Part shown: positions 52,543 to 64,000 of the stretch, piece by piece | How the letters are laid out: each line of letters begins with the position of its first letter | Numbering within the stretch: the first letter of the stretch is position 1 | DNA from: Chrysomallon squamiferum | Lineage: Eukaryota; Animalia; Mollusca | Assembly (NCBI GenBank): GCA_012295275.1 | Contig: CM022668.1 | Span: 9,114,001 to 9,178,000 of the forward strand | Direction: 5' to 3' | Length of the DNA stretch: 64,000 nucleotides | The notes under the pieces: model-generated | Seen by the model: the letters and a program-made list of their open reading frames with translations, nothing else | The model's database searches: none | Told to the model about the DNA's origin: nothing | Translations under genes and position numbers: made by a program

Positions 52543-52941
52543 CTGAACAAATACAAACAGTTTATGTTACACAGTGACTTCTAGATTGTATTATTAACCC
52601 ATGAGAAAATAAAAGTAGTTTATATTACAAAGTGACTTCTAGATTCTATTATTAACCCATGAATAAATAAAAATAGTTTATGATACATAGTAATATCTAG
52701 ATCTGTACCCATCACTACCAATCCTGACTAAAAAAAAAAAACTAATTATATTACCCTCTTCTAGACTGGATGGTCATCAGATACAGTTTGCTATTAGCAA
52801 AAGCCGGATGTCAGGTTTTTTTTTTGGTGAAATAATCAAAATAAATCTAACATTTGAAGTTTGCTACCAAGTCTTTGTAAGCATGTTAAAATCTATAGCA
52901 CATTTTGTTTTTTTACAAATTCTATAACCATTCTGTAACAA

Positions 52942-53025
<84 letters not shown>

Positions 53026-53237
53026 ATTTGCTTATTCATTATTAAATCAGCTGGTCTATTTTTCAAATTTTTTTTCAACAAAAACTGTCCTGTGACACAG
53101 AAATAATCTTTTTCTTCATGAAAACTCCACTAAACTCCATTGCAGTTGGTGTTGCTGGATCTATTCCTAAAGGAATATATACATGACAACAATGATATCA
53201 CTGACCCTTGAAAACTTGACTGAACACATGAACATAC

Positions 53238-53468
53238 CTTGATGGCTTTTCTGATGTTTTCGAGACTTGTTCTGATCACAGAGAGCAGATTGTTGAACCG
53301 AACCATTTCCTGTACCAGCACAGTGTTCATGCTCTGCTTGTACGATGTTGGGTACTTCCGCAGCGCAGAGTCTGTGTCAAAGTTGTTGGGAAGTTTGGAC
53401 AGAATATCAGCAGCAACGTCATCAACAATGTCGTCTGTTGATCTTCCTCCTCCTTTTGATGCTCTTGC
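53238..53468 (-). CDS. DNAH7: DNAH7-like exon
   Basis: ARASKGGGRSTDDIVDDVAADILSKLPNNFD..YPTSYKQSMNTVLVQEMVRFNNLL..IRKAIK. Confidence 0.94.
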
Positions 53469-56268
53469 CTAATAATAATAATAATAATAATAATATAATA
53501 ACAACAATAACAACAACAACAATATCAATAATAATAACAACAATAATAACAACAGTAACAATAATAACAATAGTAATAATAATAATAAAATAATAATATA
53601 AATTTATGAAGATTGCAATAAAATTAATTAAGACATTTTTCAGTTTTATTTTATATAATAAAACAGTATTATTAAATAAATCATTAAGTCTTTAATGTAA
53701 ATTTTAAACTTAATTTATACTAATTGCTTCAGTAACACAGATAAAAAGAAACTCAAATTTAAAAAAAATATTTGTAATATATTGCAAATAAAACAGTATT
53801 TAAATGTATTATTAAACTGTTTTTTATCTTTGTCTAAGAATCTGCAACAAATACATTTGTAAATGTTGTTAATAAAAAAAATGTAAGCAATAACTACTTC
53901 ATAAAGAGTATGAACAAGAAACTGAAACCTAATATGCATCAACTATATATAAGCCTGTATAAATACAAAAAAATTAATTACAAATCGTGAAGAACATATC
54001 TGTCTAAAGTATACATTTCTAGCCTAGTCTAAGCAATAAATTTATATATGTAGTGTATCTGAATGAAAAGAGAGGAATTTTAAAGAAACAGTTTTCTACT
54101 AATATAATTATTACTGGAGGCCATCTAAAAAGCTGAATGATAGAAACAGTTGTCAAGAAAATAAATAAGAATTTGCTAAAACTCCAGAAGAAATGATAAA
54201 ACTTAAAATATAATAAAAAGAAAACATTCAGAAAATTATTGTTTTGATCTGAAAGATTCTTTGAAAATAATTAATACCAAAAGATCTCAAAACAAAGAAC
54301 AGTATACTATAATAAACTGACAATTTTGTTGGTTTATTTAATATTTTATAGAGATTTATAGTTACTTTATTTTACTACTAAATTAATTTACTATCTTAAA
54401 AAAATATTTTGAAATTTATCTAGCAAAATAATAAAATTTTAAAAATTCAAAAATACTGAATATGTTTTGTTTCAATTTACAACTGAACATAAAATTTCCA
54501 GATAAATATTACTGTTTTAATTTAAACTAAAATCATCATAGTATTAAAACAGTAACTACAGAGGGAAAAAAACTAATCATTCTACAAAAAGTTTTAAACA
54601 AATCTTATAATAATTAACATTACTTTTAAAGTTATTAAAATTTTCTAAACATCATAAAATTCATTCTATAAAACTTTTGAAATCTGCTAAAGGTAATTAA
54701 TAAATCTAAAATTATATACTTATTTTAAAAATCATTTGAAATTATTATTAGAATTTTAAACACAATAATCATTCAAATCATTCTGTTTTGTTGTTAAATC
54801 ATGCAAAACATAATTACTACATGTATATTTCCAAAAATTATTGAATGTATAAATCTTTTTAAGTCATTAGTTTAATGCTATAAAGTTAAAATCATTATCA
54901 AAAAATGCAGAAAGAAACTGTTAGTATGAAAAAGTTAAAGGAAAAGAAAAATACATTTGTTAAAGAAAAAAATGAAAAGATGTTTTGAAAACAGAAAAAC
55001 AGCAGCAGGAAACAAGGAACAATAATATATAGCATGTCCCATCTCCTTACCCGTTTCTATGGTTACCGTGATCCACAAAAGTGCAAAAAACCAGTCATGT
55101 TGTCAACAGGTATTAGATATAACATTTGAAAAGAATAAAATAAAAACAAGTGCAATATGTGGTTAAATAACGCTATTGTGGGTTTTGTTACACAAATCTT
55201 TATCATTACAATAAACACATATTTGTAAGTATCCGCGGTTTGATTCATTAAAAATAAATGTATAAAAAATAAATAAATAAATAAATATAAAGCATAATAA
55301 ATAAAAAAACAATAAAAAAAAAAAATAACTGGTGAAAATTATTGAAGTATTCGGCATAAGTAAAACAGGAGTTATTTCCCTTAGACAATGCAAATTTTAA
55401 AACAGTAAATGCATGTATTTTCTCTTATTTACAGTATATTTTTTATTTTTTATTCTCACTTTGTTTTTGTAAAATTATTATTACTGCAGAAAAAAAAATA
55501 GTGATAAACTAATATATATACACATATAAAATATGTAATGTATCTTCGCTTTATATAAACTGGAGTTGTTCCCCTTATATCATAATGTTTATATGAATTA
55601 TTATGCTGGTGCACATTAAGATATTTAAGTATAAAACAAACACCATTATTCAGTGATTTATGTGAAAACATGCATGTATAATGGGAATCCAGTCTTATCA
55701 GTAAATGTAGCTACAAATACAACAATTAAAATTAAAAACAACACTGTAAAACAGGAATTGTTGCCCTTGCATATATTAGTTGTAAAGACCAATATTAATG
55801 CTTTTAAATAAAATTATAATGTATTTCTTCATTTTTCAAATTTATTTCCTTCATAATAATTATTGTCGTTTGTAAAATGAATGATTAATTTGTAAACAAA
55901 TTAATATTAACTGTAAATAATTTATTAATGAATCCATTTTCATTACATATAAACAGGAGTTATTCCCCTTGCACCAAAAAAACCTGTTAAATAATCAACA
56001 TTTACTTTTGTAAATCTTTACAAAAGAATGATCATATGTTAATGTGGCACACAAATGCATGTGCTTATCATTTTCTTCGTGAACTGAACTGTGCATCTGT
56101 TGTGTATATTCTGTATATCATGCAAAAAATCAGCTCACTTTGGGATATCTCTGTGTATGTGTGCTTGTGCGTCTGTATGCGTGTGTAGTTATTTTGTGTT
56201 TGAGTGTGTGTTTGTTTCAACGTGTATTTCAGTGATATGAAACTGTTTAAATACTCTCAGGCACTGAC

Positions 56269-56406
56269 CTGTGTTAGCAGAATGTTGTCAAAGAGCAAAG
56301 TTGTCTCCTTCTGGTCTTTGGTGATGTCAGCATTGGGATGTAAACCGAACACTTCAGGGGATGGGTTGATTGGTAGTTTCCCAGTGTAGTCCAGGTATGA
56401 TTCATA
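56269..56406 (-). CDS. DNAH7: DNAH7-like exon
   Basis: [46 protein letters not shown]. Confidence 0.94.
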
Positions 56407-56964
56407 CTGAAATATAACTTTACTATCAGTGTGTGTCACAGGAATATAGTAATATGTTTGTTCTTAGAAATTATTCTCACTATATTATAAGAAAAAATAG
56501 TTTCCACTGAATATGTAAGCATAAATCCTCAAACTAAGACAACAGTTTTATTATCAGTGTGTAACATGGAGAATATTAATTGATTTGTTTTTAGTGATTA
56601 TTATTTCTGTGTTATGAGATAAAAAAAAGAAGAAGAAAAAAGATATGGATCTTCTTTGAATGTATGAAAATAAAGACTCAACCTAACACAACTGTATGTT
56701 TCTAACAAACAAATACTCCAATGTGTACTAGAAACTATACAATAAATGATTAACTGTTTAATGTATGGCTGCATGAATGAGACAAAATGGGTGGGTACAA
56801 CACAATACCCATAATTTTTCATAAACTCAGTAATAAATAAAACAGAAAAATTAACATTAATCTTTATATAATGTTTAGTATATTTTTTCATTTTTGTTTT
56901 CATTTAATTCATTTTTCTTCTTTTTGTTTTGAGTGCTGAAAGTTCTCAGTGTAACATTAAGTTC

Positions 56965-57452
56965 TGTGTAAGTATGACATGAAGTATTTAATATAAGAAG
57001 TACTCAGTGTATGACATGAAGTATTTAATATAAGAAGTACTCAGTGATTGACATGAAGAACTCAGTGTATGACATGAAGTACTCAGTGTATGACACTAAG
57101 TACTCAGTGTATGACATTAAGTACTCAGTGTATGACACGAAGTACTCAGTGTATGACATGAAGTACTCAGTGTATGACACAAAGTTCTAGTGTATGACAC
57201 AAAGTACTCAATGTATGACATGAAGTACTCAGTGTATGACACAAAGTACTCAGTGTATGACATGAAGTACGCAATGTATGACACGAAGTACTCAGTGTAT
57301 GACACGAAGTACTCAATGTATGACACGAAGTACTCAATGTATGACACGAAATACTCAGTGTATGACACAAAGTACTCAATGTATGACACAAAGTACTCAA
57401 TGTGTGACATGGAGTACTCAATGTGTGACATGGAGTACTCAATGTGTGACTA
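56965..57452. repeat. 21-bp minisatellite
   Basis: Repeated AAGTACTCA(G/A)TGTATGACAC. Confidence 0.93.
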
Positions 57453-57466
57453 TTTGTTAATGTTAC

Positions 57467-57652
57467 CTCTCCTTCTGGTGGAGCGTAGTACAGGCCGCTG
57501 GGGTCAAACACGTAGTCCTCATCATCGATGATCTGAGTGCAGTAGAACTTGTTGAGGATCGTCAGCAACGTCCTGCGATCCCAGTCATCAGTGACACGAC
57601 CACCGTAGTTACACTCTCCAGTCAGATAGCGGAGAGCGTCATACTGCACTGT
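57467..57652 (-). CDS. DNAH7: DNAH7-like exon
   Basis: [37 protein letters not shown]...YYAPPEGE. Confidence 0.94.
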
Positions 57653-57659
57653 CTGCAAA

Positions 57660-57945
57660 TCAACCAATCAGATTCGTTTATATTTCATTTTAACCAATCA
57701 AATTGCTTTATGTTTTATTTTAACCAATCAAATTGCTTTATGTTTTATTTTAACCAATCAAATTGCTTTATGTTTCATCTGAACCAATCGGACTAGTTTG
57801 TTTCATTTTAACCAATCAGATTTGTTTTATTTTTTTATTTTAACCAATAAGATTACTTTATGTGTTTATTTCAGCCAGTCAGATCACTTTATGTGTTTAT
57901 TCTAACCAATCAGATTATTACATTATGTTTCATTTTAATCAACCA
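57660..57945. repeat. ~30-bp minisatellite carrying AACCAATCA
   Basis: Repeated TTTAACCAATCA(A/G)ATTGCTTTATGTTTTA starting at the exon acceptor. Confidence 0.88.
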
Positions 57946-58300
57946 AACTGCAACAAGCAATGAGCAGGCAGATCATACTTTGCTGAATGGTGGATACAAG
58001 AAATAAATAAACCACCAGTGAGATTTATTTTTAATGAAAATAATTCTGATATAATTAACTGTCTCTCAACATTTTTAATAATAAATCAATGAACATGGTT
58101 ATCACAGCCCAGTTAAAAGTATTCCACCAATGAAATTTATTGTCACATAAAAAGCAGACTCACCAAAACGAATCCAGATCTTTAACATGAATGGATGAAA
58201 TTCTGAACAATTAATTATTACAAGAGAACCTAGATATAAACACATATAACTAAAAGTATATATATTTTTATAATATTTGAGTTCGTGACTTAGTACGCAC

Positions 58301-58462
58301 TTTGTAGTCATTGAGGAACATGGCCAGTTGCTGGGTACTAATACGCAGATCAGTTTCATTGAACTCGTATGGGATGTTCCAGCCAATGGGACCAAATTTC
58401 CTTCTCTCTTGAATCAAGGCGTGGAAGAAGCAGAGACCATACAAGAGTTTCTTCCAGGCATG
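58301..58462 (-). CDS. DNAH7: DNAH7-like exon
   Basis: [54 protein letters not shown]. Confidence 0.94.
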
Positions 58463-58866
58463 CTGTGATAAGTAAAAAAAAAAAGAAGGATACATTAACA
58501 ACTGAAAATTGATAAAATAATAGATAAATGTTTTTAAAAAAAATTTTTATTATTATTATTATTAGTAGAAGTTGTAGTGTATTAGTAGCAGTGTTTTTTA
58601 TTAATTTATTTATTTTTTAATATTTTTTTATAAAAGAGTAAATATTTCTTCCCTAGCTTGCTGTTAAAATTCAAAATAAAAATAATACAATATCAAAACA
58701 AATATAAAAACATTTTAAAATTTTAAAATTATTCATTTATATAAAAAAATCTACATGGAAGAAAGCAAGACTATGTAAAACAAATATATTGATTTGTTAT
58801 TAGAATATATAATGTTTTGATTTTTATGTTCATTTCTGTAAATAATGCAAATAATTTTTGTTTAAT

Positions 58867-58898
<32 letters not shown>

Positions 58899-59414
58899 TT
58901 ATGAAGGAAATCAAATTAATTACAGCAGAAGAAAGCATAATATTTAAAATTAAAATAAAATCAGATTATTATGATTATTACTAAAATAGCATTATAGATA
59001 TTATTAAAGGTTATATACTTCTTGCTTTAAATAATTTATTATTTATATTTCTATTACTATTATTCTTTCAGGATATAGTAATGCCATAACAGTAAATTTG
59101 TACCCTGCTATGACAACAAAAACATATAATAATAAACAGAGCTACATAGAGCTATATTAATTGTCCAAATTTGCATAGAATATGTTAATTAGTTTCTGAT
59201 TCTTAACTGTTATTATTATTTTTAATATTATACAAAAGCTAAATAAGCTAAGTTTAATAATGTGAATGTTTTTTTTGTTGTTTTTTTTATCTAAAAAATG
59301 AAAATGAAAATAAAAATGCATATAAAAATCAAATAACAGTACCACAGATTATATATAATATATAATATTTAAATGAAGTAAATACAGAAAATAAAGATTA
59401 TATCTGTGCAGTAT

Positions 59415-59457
<43 letters not shown>

Positions 59458-60019
59458 TCAAATGTATGAAAAAAGAGTAGAAAAATGATAATTTTTTATC
59501 TGAGTTTTGAATTATTTCAGAAGTAAGTTAAATCTGGATTCTACTTTTAATGTAGATAACTTTTATATTAGAAAACAGCGAATACTAAGAAAAAAAACTG
59601 TTTTATAAAGAAAAGAAAATCATAAATTCTCAGTTACAAATCTGTTACTTCATGCACTAGCGGTCTAAACTTTTTCTGCTTTGTAATTTTAATATTTATT
59701 TATTAAATATTGTTAATATTTATTTATTTATTTGTTTGTTTGTTTGTTTATTTATTTATGTAAAATACATCTAATGTTTATGTAACAAATACTTCAGGAT
59801 ACAGATATAACACTTTAATAGTGACAGCAAGTGATGTTAAAATATAGAAATACATATGTCAATAAGTAAATAAATAAATAAATAAATAAATGTAATGTGA
59901 ACAGTTGATGACACCTCGGCAAAAAAATCTAACTAAAAATTAAACTGTATTGTGAAAGTGGTCTTATTTTACAGTGCCCTATTACAGAATCTGCATGTGA
60001 TTGATTTACACACTAAACA

Positions 60020-60084
<65 letters not shown>

Positions 60085-62043
60085 TATTTTTATTACTATT
60101 GCTATTATTACTACTATAATTATTTTTATTACTATTACTATTATCATTACAATATTATTATTATTGCTATTATTATTATCATTATTATTATTATCATTAC
60201 CATTATTATTATCATTTTTATCATTATCATTATCATTATTAAAATAATTGTAGCCACAGAACTTGTGGAAATATAGACATTACATGTATGGTTTTATATA
60301 TTTTACAAGTAAGAAAAGAAAATATGATAATGAAAAAAGGTTAGCACAACTTATAAAAAATATAAAATGATGTTGTTCTGCATTAATGTACCTACAAGAA
60401 AGACAAATATTATTATGAGTAAAGATGAAAGAGTAACTATCTATCCTATTAATTAATTAATTTCTTTAGTTGAAATTGTTTTTCCATACTGATCCTGTTA
60501 CAAGCAAAAGAATCGTAAGGAATAAAAGTTTTTGGTGACTGAATCACTACTAACATTATCTGCCTTGATTGATAAATCATTTTATTTTTATTTTTATTTT
60601 TTTTTTTTAAATCAAAGAAATAAAGCAGTTTTAATGATTATAGTATAATGATTAATATAATAATAAATTAAATATGTTATATAATTATATCCAGCATAAT
60701 TAATTTATTTGCATTTAATTAATATATATATATATAAATACAGAAATTATACAGAAATTATCATTTATGAGTGAAGACTATTGACAAAGTAGAGATAAAC
60801 AGAAACTTTGATAATGAAAGTGAAAGTAGACAATACTGATATACCGTTAACTGAGGCACCTGAAATAAAATATCAGATTTAAGTAGGCCAAATATTAATA
60901 TAAAAAAAACTGAGTTGTTATGAATGTCTAAAGAAAGCCAACTCAAACCACAAACACAGAAACACTTACCTTCATAAATAAGTAAATATTTAATAATAAT
61001 AATAGTAATTTAAAACTGTCAATAACACAATAATTATTTTGTTTCCTTTCCTTTAATTTCATTCATTTATATATTTTATTTTGTTTTAGTAGTTTTGATC
61101 TTTTTTATTTTTGATAATATGATGGATTATTTATTTATTTACTACTGTTGACTAAAACAATCCACATAACATTATTCTTAGACTGAATTTTTGACCTGTC
61201 TCAGGAGAAATGTATGTGTATTTGTAATGGTTTCCATAAAACAGTTATTAAAACACCTTTCACTGTGTGTTGTAGAAATGGACAAAGTTTCCTTTATTAT
61301 GTAAATATTATATTCTTCTTGTGATTACAATTTTTAGTAACAATTTTCAAAATTATTATTCTAAAATAAAAGTACACTGAAATATTCAATTTGAGTTGAT
61401 AAATTTGAGTTTTACATATCTTAATTTACTTTTAGCTCATTTGTAATTTATTACTACCATTATTATTACTATTATTATTATTATTATCTTATATAACATA
61501 GTAAAGAAAAACTGCCTTTAGCTAGTTTAAAAAGTTAATATATGCTAAAAACCACACCGAAATTAGCAAAACTACTCACAATATAAAACCAAAACACATA
61601 ACTTATTCTTTTACACTTGTAACATACTCTGTATTACAAAACCAACATTTTTATCATAATTAATTATATAATGTAATTATAAGTTTTTATTTTTTGTAAT
61701 AATGTCACAAATACATAACACCAATAGAAAAAAAGAAAGAAAGAAAAAAAATTTAAAAGAGGAAAATAGCCATTTATTTTTCAGTTTTCATATTTATAAT
61801 AATAATTCCTTTTAATGTATTTTAAACCAAAACATTTTTATATTATTATTATTACCAGAATTATCATTAAAGAGTCTATACATTTAGACAAAATCTTGGT
61901 TTTTTCTAATTAACTTGTATTAATAAACGCCAACACAACAAACCAAGCTAACCAAGAACCCAACACAACAAACCAAGCTAACCAAGAACTCAACACAGCA
62001 AACAAAAAAACCACTGACTTGTATAAAAGAAAAGTTTTAATAC

Positions 62044-62244
62044 CGTGTTCTGGACACTGCTGAAGAACTCAGGGTCGGAAATGGGGTCACTCAGGTACGA
62101 CTTGATGATGTTAAAGCGCAGACCCTTAGGGGGCTCGTTGGTCATCTTGACGCCATTTTGAAGGATGGACACTGGGAAGGTGACTGCTGGGTAGCTGGTC
62201 AGCCACAGGCGGAAGTCTGGGTGTGTTTGCTCTGGATTCAGATC
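62044..62244 (-). CDS. DNAH7: DNAH7-like exon
   Basis: [67 protein letters not shown]. Confidence 0.94.
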
Positions 62245-62254
62245 CTATGTTGTA

Positions 62255-62671
62255 ATAACAGTAACAATAATTAGCAATAACAACAACGACAACAATGACA
62301 ATGATGATGATGATGATAACAAGAATAATACTAATTAGCAACAACAACAACAATGACAATGATGATGATGATGATAACAATAATGATAATAATTAGCAAC
62401 AACGACAATGACAATGATGATGATAACAATAACAATAATAATAATGGATGATCATCATGATGATGATAATAATAATAGTAATAATAATAGCAACAGTAAT
62501 AATAATTAATAATAATAAAAACAGTAAAATTAATGATAATAATAACAATGAAAAAGATGATGATGATGATGATGATAATAAAAATAATAAGAACAACAAT
62601 AATAATGGTGACAATGATGATGATAAGAACAACAACAATAATGAACACAGTAATAATAATCATAATAGCAG

Positions 62672-62702
<31 letters not shown>

Positions 62703-62730
62703 CACAATAATAATAATGATGATGATGATG

Positions 62731-62782
<52 letters not shown>

Positions 62783-62784
62783 TG

Positions 62785-62823
<39 letters not shown>

Positions 62824-62825
62824 GT

Positions 62826-62858
<33 letters not shown>

Positions 62859-62860
62859 GG
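62255..62860. repeat. AAT/GAT/AAC trinucleotide microsatellite filling a dynein intron
   Basis: Seen directly. It produces the spurious poly-I/N/M ORFs in the track. Confidence 0.95.
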
Positions 62861-62879
62861 TATTTTCTGGATTCATTAC

Positions 62880-63041
62880 CTCACAGATTTTTTCCAACGT
62901 TGGCATCCACGATGCAGCTAAATGACAATTCTGCAACAGAACCCAGGTTCCTTCCTTCACTCCTTTCTCCATCATCTTTAAAGCTATGGGGCCCTGACCT
63001 TGACCTAGAGACAGGGAGTCGAACTTGGAACCTCCAAATCC
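62880..63041 (-). CDS. DNAH7: DNAH7-like exon
   Basis: [54 protein letters not shown]. Confidence 0.94.
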
Positions 63042-63195
63042 CTGAAACATAATATATTGGAATTAGATCTACAAGCAATTATGAGAATGATGATAATGGT
63101 GATGATGATGATGATGATAATGATGACGAGGTGGCATCAATGATAGATAATAATGAAAATGGTAATAAAAAATTGAAAGTGATACACACATCCAG

Positions 63196-63231
<36 letters not shown>

Positions 63232-63345
63232 TATATGTATAATATTAGCAATACTAATAAAACATTAATAATAACAGTAACAATAATAATAATAATAATA
63301 AAAATTCTAACAATAATGTATTATCAAATTTAAGTTTATATAAGG

Positions 63346-63379
<34 letters not shown>

Positions 63380-63560
63380 TAATAATAATAAAAACAATAG
63401 TAATAATAATGATGAAGATATAATAATAATAATAATAATAATAAAAACAATAGTAATAATAATAATGATGATGATATAATAATAATAATAATAATAATAA
63501 TAACAGTAACAATGATAGTAATAATAGCTATATATCATCAAGTTTAAGTCTATAATGCAC

Positions 63561-63737
63561 CTGGTCATCAGCAAACTTGAGTAAAGCTACCATGGGGTCA
63601 GCACCAGGGGACAGGATGAAGAGGAGGGGTGCACAGCAGTTGCTGTCACCAAACGCCTTGGGCAGATCAAACGGAGGAGGCTCAATGAACTCCTTGCCAA
63701 TCTTATGAGTGACAAAGTCTTGAACTGCTGGTATGAT
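63561..63737 (-). CDS. DNAH7: Axonemal dynein heavy chain (DNAH7-like) exon; upstream exons lie beyond the right edge
   Basis: [59 protein letters not shown] (start of AAA6). Confidence 0.93.
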
Positions 63738-63779
63738 CTGTGTGAAAAAAAAAAAATATATATATATATATATTTATGT

Positions 63780-63822
<43 letters not shown>

Positions 63823-63947
63823 AGAAATTATATATCTATGTAAAACACAAACATACAGAACTGTATACGTGTACATGCATTACAGTCAGACAAATAGATA
63901 TATAGATAGGCAGACAGAAAGAAAGATAGATGAATATTAAGAGAAAA

Positions 63948-63978
<31 letters not shown>

Positions 63979-64000
63979 GATACATAGATAGGTAGATTTT

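Noticed and set aside
57117-57531. ORFs with 7-aa repeats (SYIEYFV, CHTLSTS, YDTKYSV)
   Set aside because: These are translations of a 21-bp intronic minisatellite.
58155-58205. 39-nt cassette exon candidate in a dynein intron (cag|..|gtgagt)
   Set aside because: It has an in-frame TAA and a weak pyrimidine tract, with no other support.
62331-63050. 239-aa ORF with a poly-Ile tail
   Set aside because: Only 62880-63041 is a dynein exon. The rest is read-through into an AAT microsatellite intron.

Overview
This window is AT-rich, microsatellite-dense eukaryotic DNA with spliceosomal introns, most likely from an invertebrate animal (the taxon cannot be fixed from sequence alone). Four genes can be reconstructed exon by exon with consistent reading frames. 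(1) The first coding exon and CpG-rich promoter of a KLF6/KLF7/luna-type transcription factor lie on the minus strand at ~12.6-13.1 kb, and its >12 kb first intron runs off the left edge. (2) A complete 10-exon ALK4/5/7 (baboon-like) TGF-beta/activin type I receptor lies on the minus strand at 28641-36819 (515 aa). (3) A complete 10-exon PP6 catalytic subunit lies on the plus strand at 38341-44265 (305 aa), head-to-head with the receptor, and contains a U12-type intron. (4) The last 10 exons of a DNAH7-like axonemal dynein heavy chain lie on the minus strand at 49670-63737. Most ORFs in the supplied track are microsatellite artefacts. The most unusual signal recurs in all three multi-exon genes: tandem duplications anchored on splice junctions copy the exon edge and splice site into the adjacent intron. 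Other notable signals are a dense CAGGTR cluster in the KLF intron, candidate 6-nt and 15-nt microexons in the dynein, shared start-stop plus uORF leaders, and compact bZIP, nuclear-receptor and RFX motif clusters. All annotation was done by eye; no database searches were run.
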